Origin: Candidatus Bathyarchaeota archaeon
GTDB lineage: Archaea; Thermoproteota; Bathyarchaeia; TCS64
Direction: 5' to 3'
NCBI GenBank assembly: GCA_963771885.1
Contig: CAVYVF010000002.1
Coordinates: 434,208 to 498,207 of the forward strand
DNA: 64,000 nucleotides
Below, in pieces: positions 1-10,555 of this stretch (the first letter of the stretch is position 1; each line of letters starts with the position of its first letter). A program made the position numbers and the translations under genes. Under the pieces are notes generated by a model, which was given only the letters and a program-made list of their open reading frames with translations, was not told the origin of the DNA and made no database searches.

Positions 1-486
1 CACCGCGTGTTGGCGAAGTTGTTTTACGACCGCGGCGTCAAGATCGATTCGACCTACCAACTCAACATCGGTGGCAACACCGACTTCCTCAACATGACTG
101 TCGAGAATAGGCTCAAGACGAAACGCGTCAGTAAGACCCAGGCGGTCCAGAGCCTAATCCCGTACGACGTGCCGACTAGGATCGGCCCCTCGGACTACGT
201 ACCGTTCCTAGAAGACCATAAGGTCTGCTACATCAGGATAAACGGCAAGGCATTCGGAGACCTCCCGCTCGTGATGGACGCTAAACTCTTCGTCAACGAC
301 AGCCCCAACAGTGGAGGCGTCGTCATCGATGTTGTCCGTGCCGTGAAGATAGCCCTTGACAGAGGCATCGGCGGACCTCTCCTTGGGATAAGTAGCTATA
401 GCTTCAAGCACCCGCCACAGCAGGTCCCTGACGATCAGGCCCACCAGTGGGTTGAGGACTTCATCGCTGGTAAGAAAGATCGTTAA
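1..486 (+). CDS. ino1: myo-inositol-1-phosphate synthase, C-terminal part (5' end lies outside the window)
   Basis: Motifs [46 protein letters not shown]. Confidence 0.93.
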   Translation, partial: HRVLAKLFYDRGVKIDSTYQLNIGGNTDFLNMTVENRLKTKRVSKTQAVQSLIPYDVPTRIGPSDYVPFLEDHKVCYIRINGKAFGDLPLVMDAKLFVNDSPNSGGVVIDVVRAVKIALDRGIGGPLLGISSYSFKHPPQQVPDDQAHQWVEDFIAGKKDR

Positions 487-492
487 ATGATT

Positions 493-993
493 TTAATCTG
501 GGAACCAAAGGGCGAGTTCCGTATTCGCCTCATCCAGGTTTCCAGAAGCGTGTATAAGGTTCTCGCAGGCACGCTCCTCGGCTGTGCTCTTGGCGATCGA
601 GTCTGTGCCGAAGTCGCCTCTTATGGTGCCTTTTTCGGCGGCGGCGGGGTCAGTATAACCGGTAACCTTCCTGACAAGCAGGATTGCATCCTCACCTGCA
701 AAGCCTATCGCCAAGACGGGGTTGCGCATGAAGTACTTTCGGACACGTTCGAGAACCTTCATCCCGTGTGCCTTGGCGTCAGTGATCCCGGGGGAAGCAA
801 GCTGCGCCTTTTTCCCAAGCCCCTCAGCCATGGAGTCCGGGTAATGCTTCCTGAGAATGGCTTCATTCACGCAACGGTAGTAGTGCATGTCGACGATCTT
901 CAGCCCTGCCCTTTCGTAGCGGTCGATTATCGCCCCGACGAGGTTTCTCTCCAGGGCGTCGGGTTTCAGGATAACAAGCGTCTCCTGGTACAT
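493..993 (-). CDS. ndk: nucleoside diphosphate kinase
   Basis: TLVILKPDA, GTIRGDFG, NLIHASG catalytic His motif; follows rpl24e as is usual in archaea. Confidence 0.95.
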   Translation of the reverse strand: MYQETLVILKPDALERNLVGAIIDRYERAGLKIVDMHYYRCVNEAILRKHYPDSMAEGLGKKAQLASPGITDAKAHGMKVLERVRKYFMRNPVLAIGFAGEDAILLVRKVTGYTDPAAAEKGTIRGDFGTDSIAKSTAEERACENLIHASGNLDEANTELALWFPD

Positions 994-1200
994 TCTAATC
1001 CTGATATCGGGAACCCCATAGACTATAACCGCTTCGCCGCACGAAGGGGAGGGGCGTCATCTGAAAAAACTAAATAAAAGCCCTTTTAACCAAAATAACC
1101 CTAAATAGGAGACCGTTAGCGATCGACAGTGTACTAAAAAGTACACTTAACGCGTTGATATGTATCGCGAAAAGATGTTAAAAGAGGGTGAATAGCAGTC

Positions 1201-1386
1201 TTAGCGCTGCTGGCCCCACGCCTTAGTCCACTTGAACTTGCGCGGGTCCCTGTTCAGCTTTAAGCTGCACTTTCTGCACTTGCTCCCGCAGAACCTGAGG
1301 ACGCGCCCGTCCCTACGGACGAAGCCTATCCCGGTTCCCGGGGCAATGTCGCTCCCACAGAACGCGCACTTGTAGACAGTCGGCAT
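1201..1386 (-). CDS. rpl24e: 50S ribosomal protein L24e
   Basis: CAFCG..I.PGTG..FVRRDG...[15 protein letters not shown]. Confidence 0.97.
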   Translation of the reverse strand: MPTVYKCAFCGSDIAPGTGIGFVRRDGRVLRFCGSKCRKCSLKLNRDPRKFKWTKAWGQQR

Positions 1387-1395
1387 ACACTATAC

Positions 1396-1608
1396 CTACC
1401 TGATCTTCCTAGCCTCGCGCTCCGTCTCCCTGAGCAGCAGCAGGTCGTCAATTCTCACCGGGCCCTTGACGTTCCTGGTGATGATGCGGCCCTTGTCCTT
1501 GCCATCCTCTATCCTGACGCGGACCTGCATCACCTCTCCGGTGAGACCCGTCCTGCCAAGTATCTGGATGACCGTAGCCTGCGTCAGGCTTTCCTGTTCC
1601 TCGGACAC
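1396..1608 (-). CDS. rps28e: 30S ribosomal protein S28e
   Basis: [32 protein letters not shown]. Confidence 0.97.
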   Translation of the reverse strand: MSEEQESLTQATVIQILGRTGLTGEVMQVRVRIEDGKDKGRIITRNVKGPVRIDDLLLLRETEREARKIR

Positions 1609-1619
1609 AGAGGTTCACC

Positions 1620-2009
1620 CTACTTTACGATTGCCTTGAGCTTCTCGGCGATCTCGGCGACGAGCTTTTCCGAGTCACCCGTCTCCTCGATGGCGGCGGC
1701 CGCGCTGCCCACCGTGAGTCCGAGAGCCTCGCCGATGCGCTGCTTCTCGGGAACGTAGACGTACGCTGCCTTCCTCTCATCGCAGAGGAGTGGGAGATGT
1801 GCAACCACCTCAGGGGGTGAGACGTCCTCGGCTATGAGGACGAGTTTCGCTTTGCCCCTCTCGATCGTCTTGGTCGTCTCGTTCGTACCCTTCCGGATCT
1901 TACCCGTCTCGCGGGCGACCTTCAGAGCCTCGTAGGCGGCCTCGACTACTTCCTTGGGGACTTCGAACTTTACGTAGAATGGTTTCTTCGAAGGATCGGA
2001 CACAGTCAT
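1620..2009 (-). CDS. rpl7ae: 50S ribosomal protein L7Ae
   Basis: [30 protein letters not shown]. Confidence 0.97.
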   Translation of the reverse strand: MTVSDPSKKPFYVKFEVPKEVVEAAYEALKVARETGKIRKGTNETTKTIERGKAKLVLIAEDVSPPEVVAHLPLLCDERKAAYVYVPEKQRIGEALGLTVGSAAAAIEETGDSEKLVAEIAEKLKAIVK

Positions 2010-2072
2010 TTCCTCCAGTTGTGCATACTAGCCACCGACCCTTTGTTTTTAAACGTTATGTAAAGGGTGGGG

Positions 2073-3799
2073 CTAGTCGTGGGCGTAGTAGAGCCTGAGA
2101 GGATCCTTGGAGTCGACGCGTACAAAGCCGAAACGCTCGAACTGAAGCATATCGTCCACCTTTAAGCCTGAGACGAGGCTCTCAGCTCTACCGGAGGCTA
2201 TTGACGCGTCTGCCATAACAACCTCAGTGGGAATGGACTTGTCATCGGTGACCCAATGGATGAAGGGCATCCCCTTCTCTCTCGCTACCTGGTGCTCCTT
2301 TGAGTGGTATTTCGCCTCGGCGATCTTTCCCACCTTGGTCACCTCGACGTTGACGAGTCCCATGAGACGAATAAGCTTCCCTTTAGCCTCTACGAGGTCC
2401 TTCGAGGGTAGGAGGAACGTGCACACACCCTTCTCGGACTCGATAGTGTACTCCCTGTGGCCTTTCTCGGGGTGGTCGGGGTGTAAGGGCAGTTTCGCGT
2501 GCAGCGCCTCCTTGACGCCCTTTACCATCAAGCTCCACCGGGTCCCTGACGAAGAAGTACCTGTTCGAGTGCGGGTCTATAATCTTCTTGTTCGCGGCGG
2601 CGAAGTTGCCCCAGCTAATCGTGACGTTGATTGGCTTTGGGCCGACCTGTACCATTATCTCGCGGATGGTCTCAGGTTGGATTCCACGGCGCTTGAGGGC
2701 ACGTAGGGTACCGAGCCTCGGGTCATCCCAGCCAGTAAACGAGCCAGCGTCCACGCCAGCCCTGATCTTTGACTTGCTGAGGATGCCCGCCTCCAATCCG
2801 AGACGTCCCACGTTGATGACCTCGGGGAACTGCCAGCCGAAGTGGTCGTAAAGATACTTCTGGCGAGCGCTGTTCACCTCGTGTTCCTTACCCCTGATGA
2901 CATGGCTGACTCCCATGAGGTGGTCGTCAACAGCGCAGCTGAAGTTGTAGAGAGGCCAGACGCGGTATTGCTTCTTTTGTATTGGGTGTGATCGCGTGCT
3001 TATTCTGAGGGCGGGCCAGTCGCGTATGGCGGGGTTCGGGTGAGCGATATCAGTCTTAATTCTCACCACCGCCTCGCCGCGCTTGAAGCTGCCATCCAGC
3101 ATCATTCTCCAACGCCTCAGATGCTCCTCAGGGGGCAAGTTCCCTGCAGAGGCACGGCTCCTTGGCCATGTAGAGCCTTTTGTACTCCTCCGACTCACAG
3201 GTGCAGACGTACGCCTGCCCCATCGAGAGAATCTTCTCCGCCCATTCGTAGTAAATGGGGAGCCGCTCAGATTGGACGTACTTCTCATCCACTTTGACGC
3301 CGAGCCACACGAGATCCTCGGGTATCCACTGGTACATCTGCGGGATCGGCGGTTTCACGTCGGCGCTCGTGTCCTCGAAGCGGAGTATGAAGTGGCCTTT
3401 GTACATCTTGGCGTACTCGTCGCTGAAGATTATCGACTCGGCGCTGCCGAGGTGGAGAGGGCCGTCCGGGTTGGGGGCGAACCGGACCTTGACCATGGGC
3501 CACTTGTCCACGTTCTTGAGCGGCGGCATTGTCTTCCTCTCCTCCGGCTTCTTCGCCTCGAAGAGCTCGGGCCACTGCTTGACGGTTTCCATGATTTTCT
3601 CTAGAGGCCAGGAGTTGACGTCGGCGACGACGCCCATGATGAGGCGCTGGACGTCCTTAGCGTTTGTCTTCGCGTCGGGGTACTCTGCGAAGATGCGACC
3701 CATAACGGAGCCTGGATTAGCCTTACCCCCGTACTGAGAGGCGTTGAATACGGCATACTTGATCGCGGATGCCTTGATCTTATCGAGATCGAGTCCCAA
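2073..3799 (-). CDS. gltX: glutamyl-tRNA synthetase, read across two apparent single-base insertions (~3135 and ~2530)
   Basis: Three consecutive ORFs carry RFAPNPDGPLHLG/LRFEDT, then IRGKEH/LSKS/GWDDPRLGTL, then QFERFGFVRVD. Confidence 0.93.
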
Positions 3800-3860
3800 A
3801 GGAGACCACTACGCAGCAATAGGCTGGCGGAAAACACTTATCCTTTTCCTAAATGGAAGT

Positions 3861-4865
3861 TCAGTACTTGCGCGCCGTGAAGTAGTCGACGAGGGCGAAC
3901 AGGTCTTTTTTCGCTTGCGTGTCTGGGAGGGCGTCAAACCTCCTCTTCGCTGAGGCGATGTACTTATCCCCCTTCTTGAGTGCGTAGTCGAGGGAGCCAA
4001 TATTGACCATGATCTTGTTGACCTCGGCTATCTCCGTAGGTGTCGCCTCGTGATTCCCGAGTACGCCGAGTATCTTCTCCCTCTGCTTCGGCTTCGCCTT
4101 ACGTAGGGCGTGTATCATGATGAGGGTCTTCTTTCCTTCCCTGATGTCGCTGCCGATTGGCTTGCCGAGTGTCTTCTCGTCCGCCGACGCGCCGAGGTAA
4201 TCGTCCATAATCTGGAAGGCTATGCCCGCCTCGTATGCGAACTTGCCGAGGGCATTTACCTGCCGCGTCTTCCCTCCACCGACGATGGCGCCGACCTCGG
4301 CGCAGGCGCGGAATAGGGCACTCGTTTTACCCCCGACCATCGCGACGTAGTCCTCTTCTGACACATCGACGGTATTCGGGAAGGAGACGTCGAGTACCTG
4401 TCCCTCGCAGACCTCTATTGTTGCCTCTGTCGCCTTCTCTATGCACATCTTTACCCGCCTAGGGTTGAGGCTGGCGGGGGCATACACAGTCATCGCCTCG
4501 AAGACCTTGGCGAAGAGGAGGTCACCTGCGCAGATCGCCATCGGTATCCCCCATCTAGTGTGGACTGTAGGTGCGCCGCGACGGACTGGATCGTTATCCA
4601 TCACGTCGTCGTGGACGAGTGTGAAATTGTGAAGCAACTCGAAAGCGGCGGCGAACGGAATCGCATCTGCAGGGTTCCCACCGACCGCCTCGCATGCCTT
4701 TAACGTTAGGAAGGGTCTCAGCCGCTTACCGCCGGCGAGTAAAAGGTGCCGCGACGCCTCATAGAGGATCTCGGGCCTCCGGGGCGTCAAGATCTCGTCG
4801 ATGAAAACGTCCACCGGTTTGGTGCTCTCGACGAGTTTTCTCTTTATCGCGTCGCCGCTCGACAT
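3861..4865 (-). CDS. idsA: geranylgeranyl diphosphate synthase (polyprenyl synthetase)
   Basis: GGKRLRP, HDDVMD..RRG, FQIMDDYL, GSDIREGKKT. Confidence 0.93.
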   Translation of the reverse strand: MSSGDAIKRKLVESTKPVDVFIDEILTPRRPEILYEASRHLLLAGGKRLRPFLTLKACEAVGGNPADAIPFAAAFELLHNFTLVHDDVMDNDPVRRGAPTVHTRWGIPMAICAGDLLFAKVFEAMTVYAPASLNPRRVKMCIEKATEATIEVCEGQVLDVSFPNTVDVSEEDYVAMVGGKTSALFRACAEVGAIVGGGKTRQVNALGKFAYEAGIAFQIMDDYLGASADEKTLGKPIGSDIREGKKTLIMIHALRKAKPKQREKILGVLGNHEATPTEIAEVNKIMVNIGSLDYALKKGDKYIASAKRRFDALPDTQAKKDLFALVDYFTARKY

Positions 4866-4908
4866 GGCAACCAGTGGTTAGCAACCCGCGTCAGAGATAA
4901 AAGCTGTC

Positions 4909-6000
4909 CTACCTTCCACGCGTCGCATATGCGGCGGGGTCGAAACCCCTCACACGTAACCACTCAGCTGTCCAGCCGGTGACGACGACGGGAACGCCCC
5001 GCATCTCAGCGACGCTTCGAGCACCCATGAGGAACATACTGATACGCATCTCTTCGATGATGGTCTTTATGTGCTTCTCGAGGACCTCCTCACCCTCGAC
5101 AGCCTTCTGGAGGAAGGGCTTAGCTATCCCAACTGCTTCCGCGCCGAGGGCGAGCACCTTTGCTACGTCAAGCCCCGTGCGTAACCCTCCGGAGGCGATT
5201 ATCTTCCCCTTGGAAGCTGCCCTGACCTCGACTAAACTGCACGTGGTGGGTATGCCCCAGTTCCAAAGAGCTTTACCGAGGTACTCCATCTTGTCATCTC
5301 CGACCTCGCGGGCGATATGGTGCTCGACCGCAGCCCAACTTGTACCACCGAGACCGCTTATCTCGAAACCCGCGACGCCTGCTGCCTCGAGCCTGCGCGC
5401 GTCCTCGTACGAGATACCTGCACCGGTCTCCTTCATGACTATCGGGACACCGAGCTCAGCGGTAAGAGCCTTAACTTTATCGACTATGCCTTTGAAGTTA
5501 GTGTCTCCGTCTACCTGGATGGCTTCCTGGAGGGGGTTCATATGTATTGCGAGTGCGTCTGCGTCAATCATCTTAACGGCCTTTCTCGCCTCCTTGATGC
5601 CCCAACCTAGGCTTAGTTGTGGGCAGCCGATGTTGGCGATTACGAGAGCGTGAGGCGCGGATTCGCGGACGATCCTGAAAGTCCGCTCTACTTCAGGTTG
5701 TTGAATTGCGATCCTCTGGCTCCCGACACCTATGCCTACGCCCAACTTCTCAGCGATCGTGGCAAGGGTCCTGTTGATCTTCTCAGCTTCCTCGGTTCCG
5801 CCCGTTATTGCAGAGATTATGAGTGGCGCGCTGAGGCTCTTGCCGAATAGCTCAATTCCAGTGTCAACGTCTTTGAGGTCGATCTCGGGTACTGCCCTAT
5901 GTACGAGGTTCACGTCCTCTAATCCCGTCGGCACGTCTGAGTTCACCTTCTCCTCGAGGCTTACCCTGATGTGTCTCTGCTTTCTCTTCGTGATGCTCAT
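4909..6000 (-). CDS. fni: type 2 isopentenyl-diphosphate delta-isomerase
   Basis: RKQRHI, GVGSQR, HMNPLQE, KETG, GGTSWAAVE, ASGGLR. Confidence 0.95.
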   Translation of the reverse strand: MSITKRKQRHIRVSLEEKVNSDVPTGLEDVNLVHRAVPEIDLKDVDTGIELFGKSLSAPLIISAITGGTEEAEKINRTLATIAEKLGVGIGVGSQRIAIQQPEVERTFRIVRESAPHALVIANIGCPQLSLGWGIKEARKAVKMIDADALAIHMNPLQEAIQVDGDTNFKGIVDKVKALTAELGVPIVMKETGAGISYEDARRLEAAGVAGFEISGLGGTSWAAVEHHIAREVGDDKMEYLGKALWNWGIPTTCSLVEVRAASKGKIIASGGLRTGLDVAKVLALGAEAVGIAKPFLQKAVEGEEVLEKHIKTIIEEMRISMFLMGARSVAEMRGVPVVVTGWTAEWLRVRGFDPAAYATRGR

Positions 6001-6004
6001 TTAT

Positions 6005-6784
6005 TCATCTCCTCAGCCACGTGCAGGGTACCTTCTCCCCACGCAGTGCAGCGTTAACGATCCCCAGCTTGAGGGCGTTAACTAGTTGGACTGAGACGCC
6101 CGCCTCGACGGCGGCGCCGGCTTCGCCTATTTTACCAAGCATTCCGCCGGTCACGTCGGTCGAAAGAGCTTCTCCTATTCGTATCATACCTTTCATCTGG
6201 CTCAGGGAGAGCTCCTCGATTAGCTTTGCCTCTTTTACTAGCTTGGGATTCGCGGTGAAGACGCCGTCGACATCGACACCGAAGAGCAGTTTGGACGCGC
6301 CTAGTTCCGTCGAGAGGCGCACAGCAAGCTGATCGCCTGATAGTATCGTGAACCTCCTCGCGGAGTCGAGCACAGCGTCCCCGTAGAGGACGGGCACCAT
6401 GTTCGACTCGAGGGCTCGTGTGACGAGTGAAAGGTTCACGTCAATAATGCGGCGATCCTCGGTGACTATGAATGAGGAGGGTGCGACCGACATAGCGGGT
6501 ATGCCCGCTTCTAGTAGTGCCTCGACAATCAGAGCATTGAGCTCGACCATCGCCTGATGGGTAAACGAGAAGCCCGTAAGTTGTCGTGGATATTTGTAGC
6601 CGTCGACGATCTCGTACTCCTTCGCGAGAGGATGACCGTAGGAGCCGCCGCCGTGGACTATGATTAACTGCCTCGGTCCGGCGGTCGCGATCTCTGAGGC
6701 GAGCCTCCTGATCGCCTCTTTATTCGCTGCCTTTGGGAGATCTTTGTGTGTGACAACCGAGCCGCCGAGTTTAAGGACTTCCAT
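6005..6784 (-). CDS. ipk: isopentenyl phosphate kinase
   Basis: KLGGSVVT, VHGGGSYGH, ILSGD, DVTGGM.GK; lies between mvk and fni. Confidence 0.92.
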   Translation of the reverse strand: MEVLKLGGSVVTHKDLPKAANKEAIRRLASEIATAGPRQLIIVHGGGSYGHPLAKEYEIVDGYKYPRQLTGFSFTHQAMVELNALIVEALLEAGIPAMSVAPSSFIVTEDRRIIDVNLSLVTRALESNMVPVLYGDAVLDSARRFTILSGDQLAVRLSTELGASKLLFGVDVDGVFTANPKLVKEAKLIEELSLSQMKGMIRIGEALSTDVTGGMLGKIGEAGAAVEAGVSVQLVNALKLGIVNAALRGEKVPCTWLRR

Positions 6785-7766
6785 CTTCGATCTTCCTCGT
6801 CTTCACTCCCTCGTCTGTAAGGTTCACTCTCATTGATTGACCCCGGGCAGCGCGTATCCCCTTCTCCACTTTACCGAGGTTCTCTGCGTCAGCCAGTGCT
6901 ATCATGCAGCCTCCACCGCCCGCACCGGTGAGTTTAGCACCGAGCGCCCCCTCCTGTCTGGCAACGTAGATGAGGTCGTCGAGTTCAATCGTCGATACGC
7001 CTATGGCTGAGAGGAGCCCCTGGTTGAGGTTCATTAGGTCGCCTAGCTTTCCCACATCCCTGCGGAGCAGGGCGTCAAGGCCTACCTGTGAGAGGCTTGC
7101 CATCGTGTATATGATGGGGTCGACGATCTCAGGATTCCTGTCCTTGAGTGCCTTGACGTTTTCGACCATGTTACGGGTCGACCGCTTTTTCCGCGTATTC
7201 CCAATGATGAACGGGAGAGGCTCGTCTAGTTGTAGTCTTTTTAGACCTACTCCTCTCTCGAAGCGCATGATGCCCCCGTAGGTTGCGACACTGTTATCAG
7301 CGCCGCTCGGGTTGCCGTGTATTACCTTCTCACCCTCGAAGCTTAGCTCCGAGATCTTCTCCTTCGTGAGGTTGCCGTCGAATAGCTCGCCGATGGCGGC
7401 GGTCGTGGCGACGCAGACGGCGGCAGATGAGCCGAGGCCGACGGCGATGGGTATCATGCTCCTGACCTTGAGGTTGACTCCCGAGTCTACGCCGAGGTGC
7501 TTCATGACGTTCCTCGCCGCGACCTCCAAAGCGGACATGTTCCTGCCTCTCCAAGCTTTACCAGTGACGGCGGTGTAATTTCCTTCATCGAAGAAGCCGC
7601 TGAATCCGAGGTCCTCGGAGTCTATGTAGATCTTCTTGTCATCGCGGCGGGAGGCGGTTACTGTAGCCCTACGGTCTACGGCTAGGAGTATGGCGGGTCC
7701 CTTGTAGACGACGCTGTGTTCTCCGAATAGTATTATTTTGCCTGGGGCGGTTGCCTCTGCGATCAT
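6771..7766 (-). CDS. mvk: mevalonate kinase
   Basis: APGKIILFGEHSVVY, GLGSSAA, HGNPSGAD, KLTGAGGGG. Confidence 0.95.
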   Translation of the reverse strand: MIAEATAPGKIILFGEHSVVYKGPAILLAVDRRATVTASRRDDKKIYIDSEDLGFSGFFDEGNYTAVTGKAWRGRNMSALEVAARNVMKHLGVDSGVNLKVRSMIPIAVGLGSSAAVCVATTAAIGELFDGNLTKEKISELSFEGEKVIHGNPSGADNSVATYGGIMRFERGVGLKRLQLDEPLPFIIGNTRKKRSTRNMVENVKALKDRNPEIVDPIIYTMASLSQVGLDALLRRDVGKLGDLMNLNQGLLSAIGVSTIELDDLIYVARQEGALGAKLTGAGGGGCMIALADAENLGKVEKGIRAARGQSMRVNLTDEGVKTRKIEDGSP

Positions 7767-8621
7767 CTAGAGCACCGTTCGGGTGAGCTTCGCAGAGGCG
7801 TATCCGACTACCGCCCCCCGGTCACCCGTTATATCCCCACTCGTATGATATGATAAGATTTCTGCCCTGTCGGCTCTGAGGAGCTTGGAGGCGACTATTG
7901 TGGCGGAGACCGGGCCGTAGCCGCACATCGTGATTCGATTCTTAGCGACAGCGTTTTGAACGCCTGCTTCGTCGAGCTTCTCAACAGAGTCGAGGACGAG
8001 ACGATCCTTCCTCGCTGCCGACTCTTGTGGTTCCTGATGAGTCATATCCGTCGAGGCGATTACGATGACGTTCCTGCCCTTCGCAGCCTCGGCTACCGCC
8101 TCACCGACGTTCCTGCTCGTCTCGAGGTCCTGTAACCCCATGCAGATGGGGACGATGCTGATCGATGAGCCGTAGATGAACTGGAGGAATGGCAGCTGGA
8201 CCTCTATTGAGTGCTCGTACTGGTGAGCAGACTCGTCGAGGTCGATCATGCCGGAGGCACGAAAGATGGCTTCCGATAACTCTATGTCTATCTTAACCTT
8301 GCCGAGAGGGGTTTCCCATGCGCCTTCACCCATGAGAGAGACTGCACTGCCTAGCCCCGTGTGGTTCGGACAGAGGATCACTGCTGTATCCGGCGCCTTT
8401 TGTTCTGAGAGGGCTAGGTAACCGTGGGCTGCAACGTGTCCGCTGTAGACGTAGCCGGCGTGGGGGGAGACGATGGCTGTGATGGTCCGGGGTTTATCAC
8501 CCTTCACCGGCAGCCTGCCTGGGCCGAGCTCGTGTTTGAATGAGTTTTCAATTTCACGCCTGAGGCGCTGCGGTTCGCGGGGGTAGAAGCTCCCCGCGAC
8601 GTAGGGGCGCCTCACCGACAA
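7767..8621 (-). CDS. amrB: MEMO1 family protein (AmmeMemoRadiSam protein B)
   Basis: VAGSFYP, PHAGYVYSG, PNHTG, EHSIEVQLPFLQ, TMCGYGP. Confidence 0.93.
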   Translation of the reverse strand: MSVRRPYVAGSFYPREPQRLRREIENSFKHELGPGRLPVKGDKPRTITAIVSPHAGYVYSGHVAAHGYLALSEQKAPDTAVILCPNHTGLGSAVSLMGEGAWETPLGKVKIDIELSEAIFRASGMIDLDESAHQYEHSIEVQLPFLQFIYGSSISIVPICMGLQDLETSRNVGEAVAEAAKGRNVIVIASTDMTHQEPQESAARKDRLVLDSVEKLDEAGVQNAVAKNRITMCGYGPVSATIVASKLLRADRAEILSYHTSGDITGDRGAVVGYASAKLTRTVL

Positions 8622-8632
8622 CTTAGAACCTC

Positions 8633-9259
8633 CTAACTAGTCTCGAAGTCGTCGATGCTATATCTCATCTCGCCGCTGGCGGGGAGCTCATTGTGCTCCT
8701 TGAGTATCTCACGTGCAATGAGCCAGAAGGCGATCGCGAGCGCGCGGCGACCCTTGTTGTTCATCGGAATGACGAGGTCGACGTTGCTTTTGCTGTTGTC
8801 GGTGCTTGCTAGGGCGATTACGGGGACGCCGTTCTGGGCTGCCTCGATTACGATCTGGTCGTCGGCGAGGCTGTCAGTCACTATGACTGCGGAGGGCTCG
8901 AAGAATCCTGCATATGCTGGGTTCGTGAAGGTGCCTGATGTGAATCTGCCCGTGATGGACTTGCAGCCGACGGTCTCGCAGAACATCTCGACGGGGCTCC
9001 TGCCGTACCTCTTGCTCGAGGCGACGACTACCTTGCTGAGGTTCATGCGGCTGAGGAACTTCGCGGCTACCTTAATCCGCTCGTTCATCTGCTCCATGTC
9101 GAGGACGTAGAGTCCGTCTGGGCGGACCTTGTAGATGAATGGCTCCATGTCCTTTGTTTTTACGCGAGTGCCGATGTGGACGCCCGCGGATAGTAGGACC
9201 TCCTGCGGTAGCAGTAGGTTCTCGTTGATCGGCTGCTGTGCCTCATTCTCCGGCTCCAA
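8633..9259 (-). CDS. rps2: 30S ribosomal protein S2
   Basis: AGVHIGT, GRFTSGTFTNP, IPMNNKGRRAL. Confidence 0.96.
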   Translation of the reverse strand: MEPENEAQQPINENLLLPQEVLLSAGVHIGTRVKTKDMEPFIYKVRPDGLYVLDMEQMNERIKVAAKFLSRMNLSKVVVASSKRYGRSPVEMFCETVGCKSITGRFTSGTFTNPAYAGFFEPSAVIVTDSLADDQIVIEAAQNGVPVIALASTDNSKSNVDLVIPMNNKGRRALAIAFWLIAREILKEHNELPASGEMRYSIDDFETS

Positions 9260-9487
9260 CTAGTTTCCTCCCTTTACCTCTAGACTCTTCTGTCCTTCGT
9301 GGAACTTGATCACGTCGTCTATGATCTCGACGTGGGAGAGGATCATGCGGCGGCAGCAGTAACGCGTTACGCCGAGGTCGTCGAGGACTTTTCCAGGCTC
9401 CTCTCCTGCATCGACGCGCTTCTTGAACGGCTCCCACTTGTCGCCTACGACCTTCCCGCATGAGAAGCATCTCACGGGTATTATCAT
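9260..9487 (-). CDS. rpoN: RNA polymerase subunit Rpo10/N
   Basis: [12 protein letters not shown] and RYCCRRM; start set to the ATG at 9487. Confidence 0.97.
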   Translation of the reverse strand: MIIPVRCFSCGKVVGDKWEPFKKRVDAGEEPGKVLDDLGVTRYCCRRMILSHVEIIDDVIKFHEGQKSLEVKGGN

Positions 9488-9560
9488 TTTTTCAGTCTCC
9501 TCTCCACGTCCCTGTGGCGATTCCACCTTGTCAACTATCAGGAGGAATAAAAATACTTCT

Positions 9561-9917
9561 CTATTTCGTTATCCGAGTATTTTTTGGCTTCTCTATTCCC
9601 GCCTTTTTGCGTAGTGTCTTTATGGTTCCACTGACGCGCTGGACGCGTATCGCGGTGGGGACTCCGGATACTTCGACTATCGAGGCGAGGGAGGCACGGA
9701 GGAATCTCTCCGTTTCGTGGGTGCAGCGGATTATCCCCGACTTCGCTGCCTCGTTATATTCAATTAGATTAGGGTCGATAAGTGAGAGTCCCTTCGAGCC
9801 GTAGAGGGTGAGTATGGAGTCGCGTATCGCCTCCCAGATCGCCTTCTCAACTATGGGGGATTCGATTGTGACACTGAAGAGCAGGTATCTGCGCCTCACG
9901 CTGCGTACGGGCATCAT
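9561..9917 (-). CDS. rnp2: RNase P protein Pop5/Rpp14
   Basis: RRRYLLF, GIIRC, RVSGTIK; adjacent to Rpp30. Confidence 0.9.
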   Translation of the reverse strand: MMPVRSVRRRYLLFSVTIESPIVEKAIWEAIRDSILTLYGSKGLSLIDPNLIEYNEAAKSGIIRCTHETERFLRASLASIVEVSGVPTAIRVQRVSGTIKTLRKKAGIEKPKNTRITK

Positions 9918-10555
9918 GGTTCCTCCTCGTGCTCTGCGTGGTTTCTGGCGAGAATTGCCTCGGGTATTGTAGAGAGCATGTCGGCGGCGTAGTCCTCGTC
10001 TATGTCGAGGAGGGTTGCGAGTGCAGTAAGCGCACGTGGCTCCCGCATCAGAATAGACGATGTTGCGCCACTTGATAGGACGACGGGTATGTTATGACGG
10101 CTAGCGACTACTAGGTCTCTCTTGATGGTCGTTATGACCTTGGCGAGACGCATAGGGCTGGCTGCGAGCAATTCGGAGGCGTTGATCTCGTATGCACGCC
10201 CTGCTCCGTCGAGAAGCTCCGCCTCGTGGTGGTCAAGCCAGTTCTGTCTCCGCTGCGTGGGGTCCTCGGGGAAGAGAAGTATGTCTACGCGTTCGTCCCT
10301 TGCAACGATGCGTGCAACCTCTTTTGAGAGGCACCTTACAGCGACGATGTTGTATTTTCGCCTGCTTTTTCTCAGGGCATCCTGTAGCTCTTTGCCACGC
10401 TTCGCCTCGATGTCAATCCGGGTCACGACCTTCAACCCCTCAGTGGACTGGGTCGATGCGACGTGGCTGTATCCCAGTTGGGTAGCTAGCTGCACCATCT
10501 CAGGCGCCTGCTCAGGTGTCGACGGCTTGAGGTGAAGGTCGATGTAGTGCCTCAC
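9914..10555 (-). CDS. rnp3: RNase P protein Rpp30
   Basis: YIDLH, RVDIL, EIN, VLSSGA..MREPR. Confidence 0.88.
   Translation of the reverse strand: MRHYIDLHLKPSTPEQAPEMVQLATQLGYSHVASTQSTEGLKVVTRIDIEAKRGKELQDALRKSRRKYNIVAVRCLSKEVARIVARDERVDILLFPEDPTQRRQNWLDHHEAELLDGAGRAYEINASELLAASPMRLAKVITTIKRDLVVASRHNIPVVLSSGATSSILMREPRALTALATLLDIDEDYAADMLSTIPEAILARNHAEHEEEP

Noticed and set aside
487..1077. Long antisense ORFs here and elsewhere (e.g. 4979-5653, 14535-15167, 20348-21160)
   Set aside because: Shadows of well-supported genes on the opposite strand in GC-rich DNA.
2073..3799. gltX as a pseudogene or genuinely split gene
   Set aside because: Essential gene with intact motifs; same single-insertion pattern as the other broken genes.
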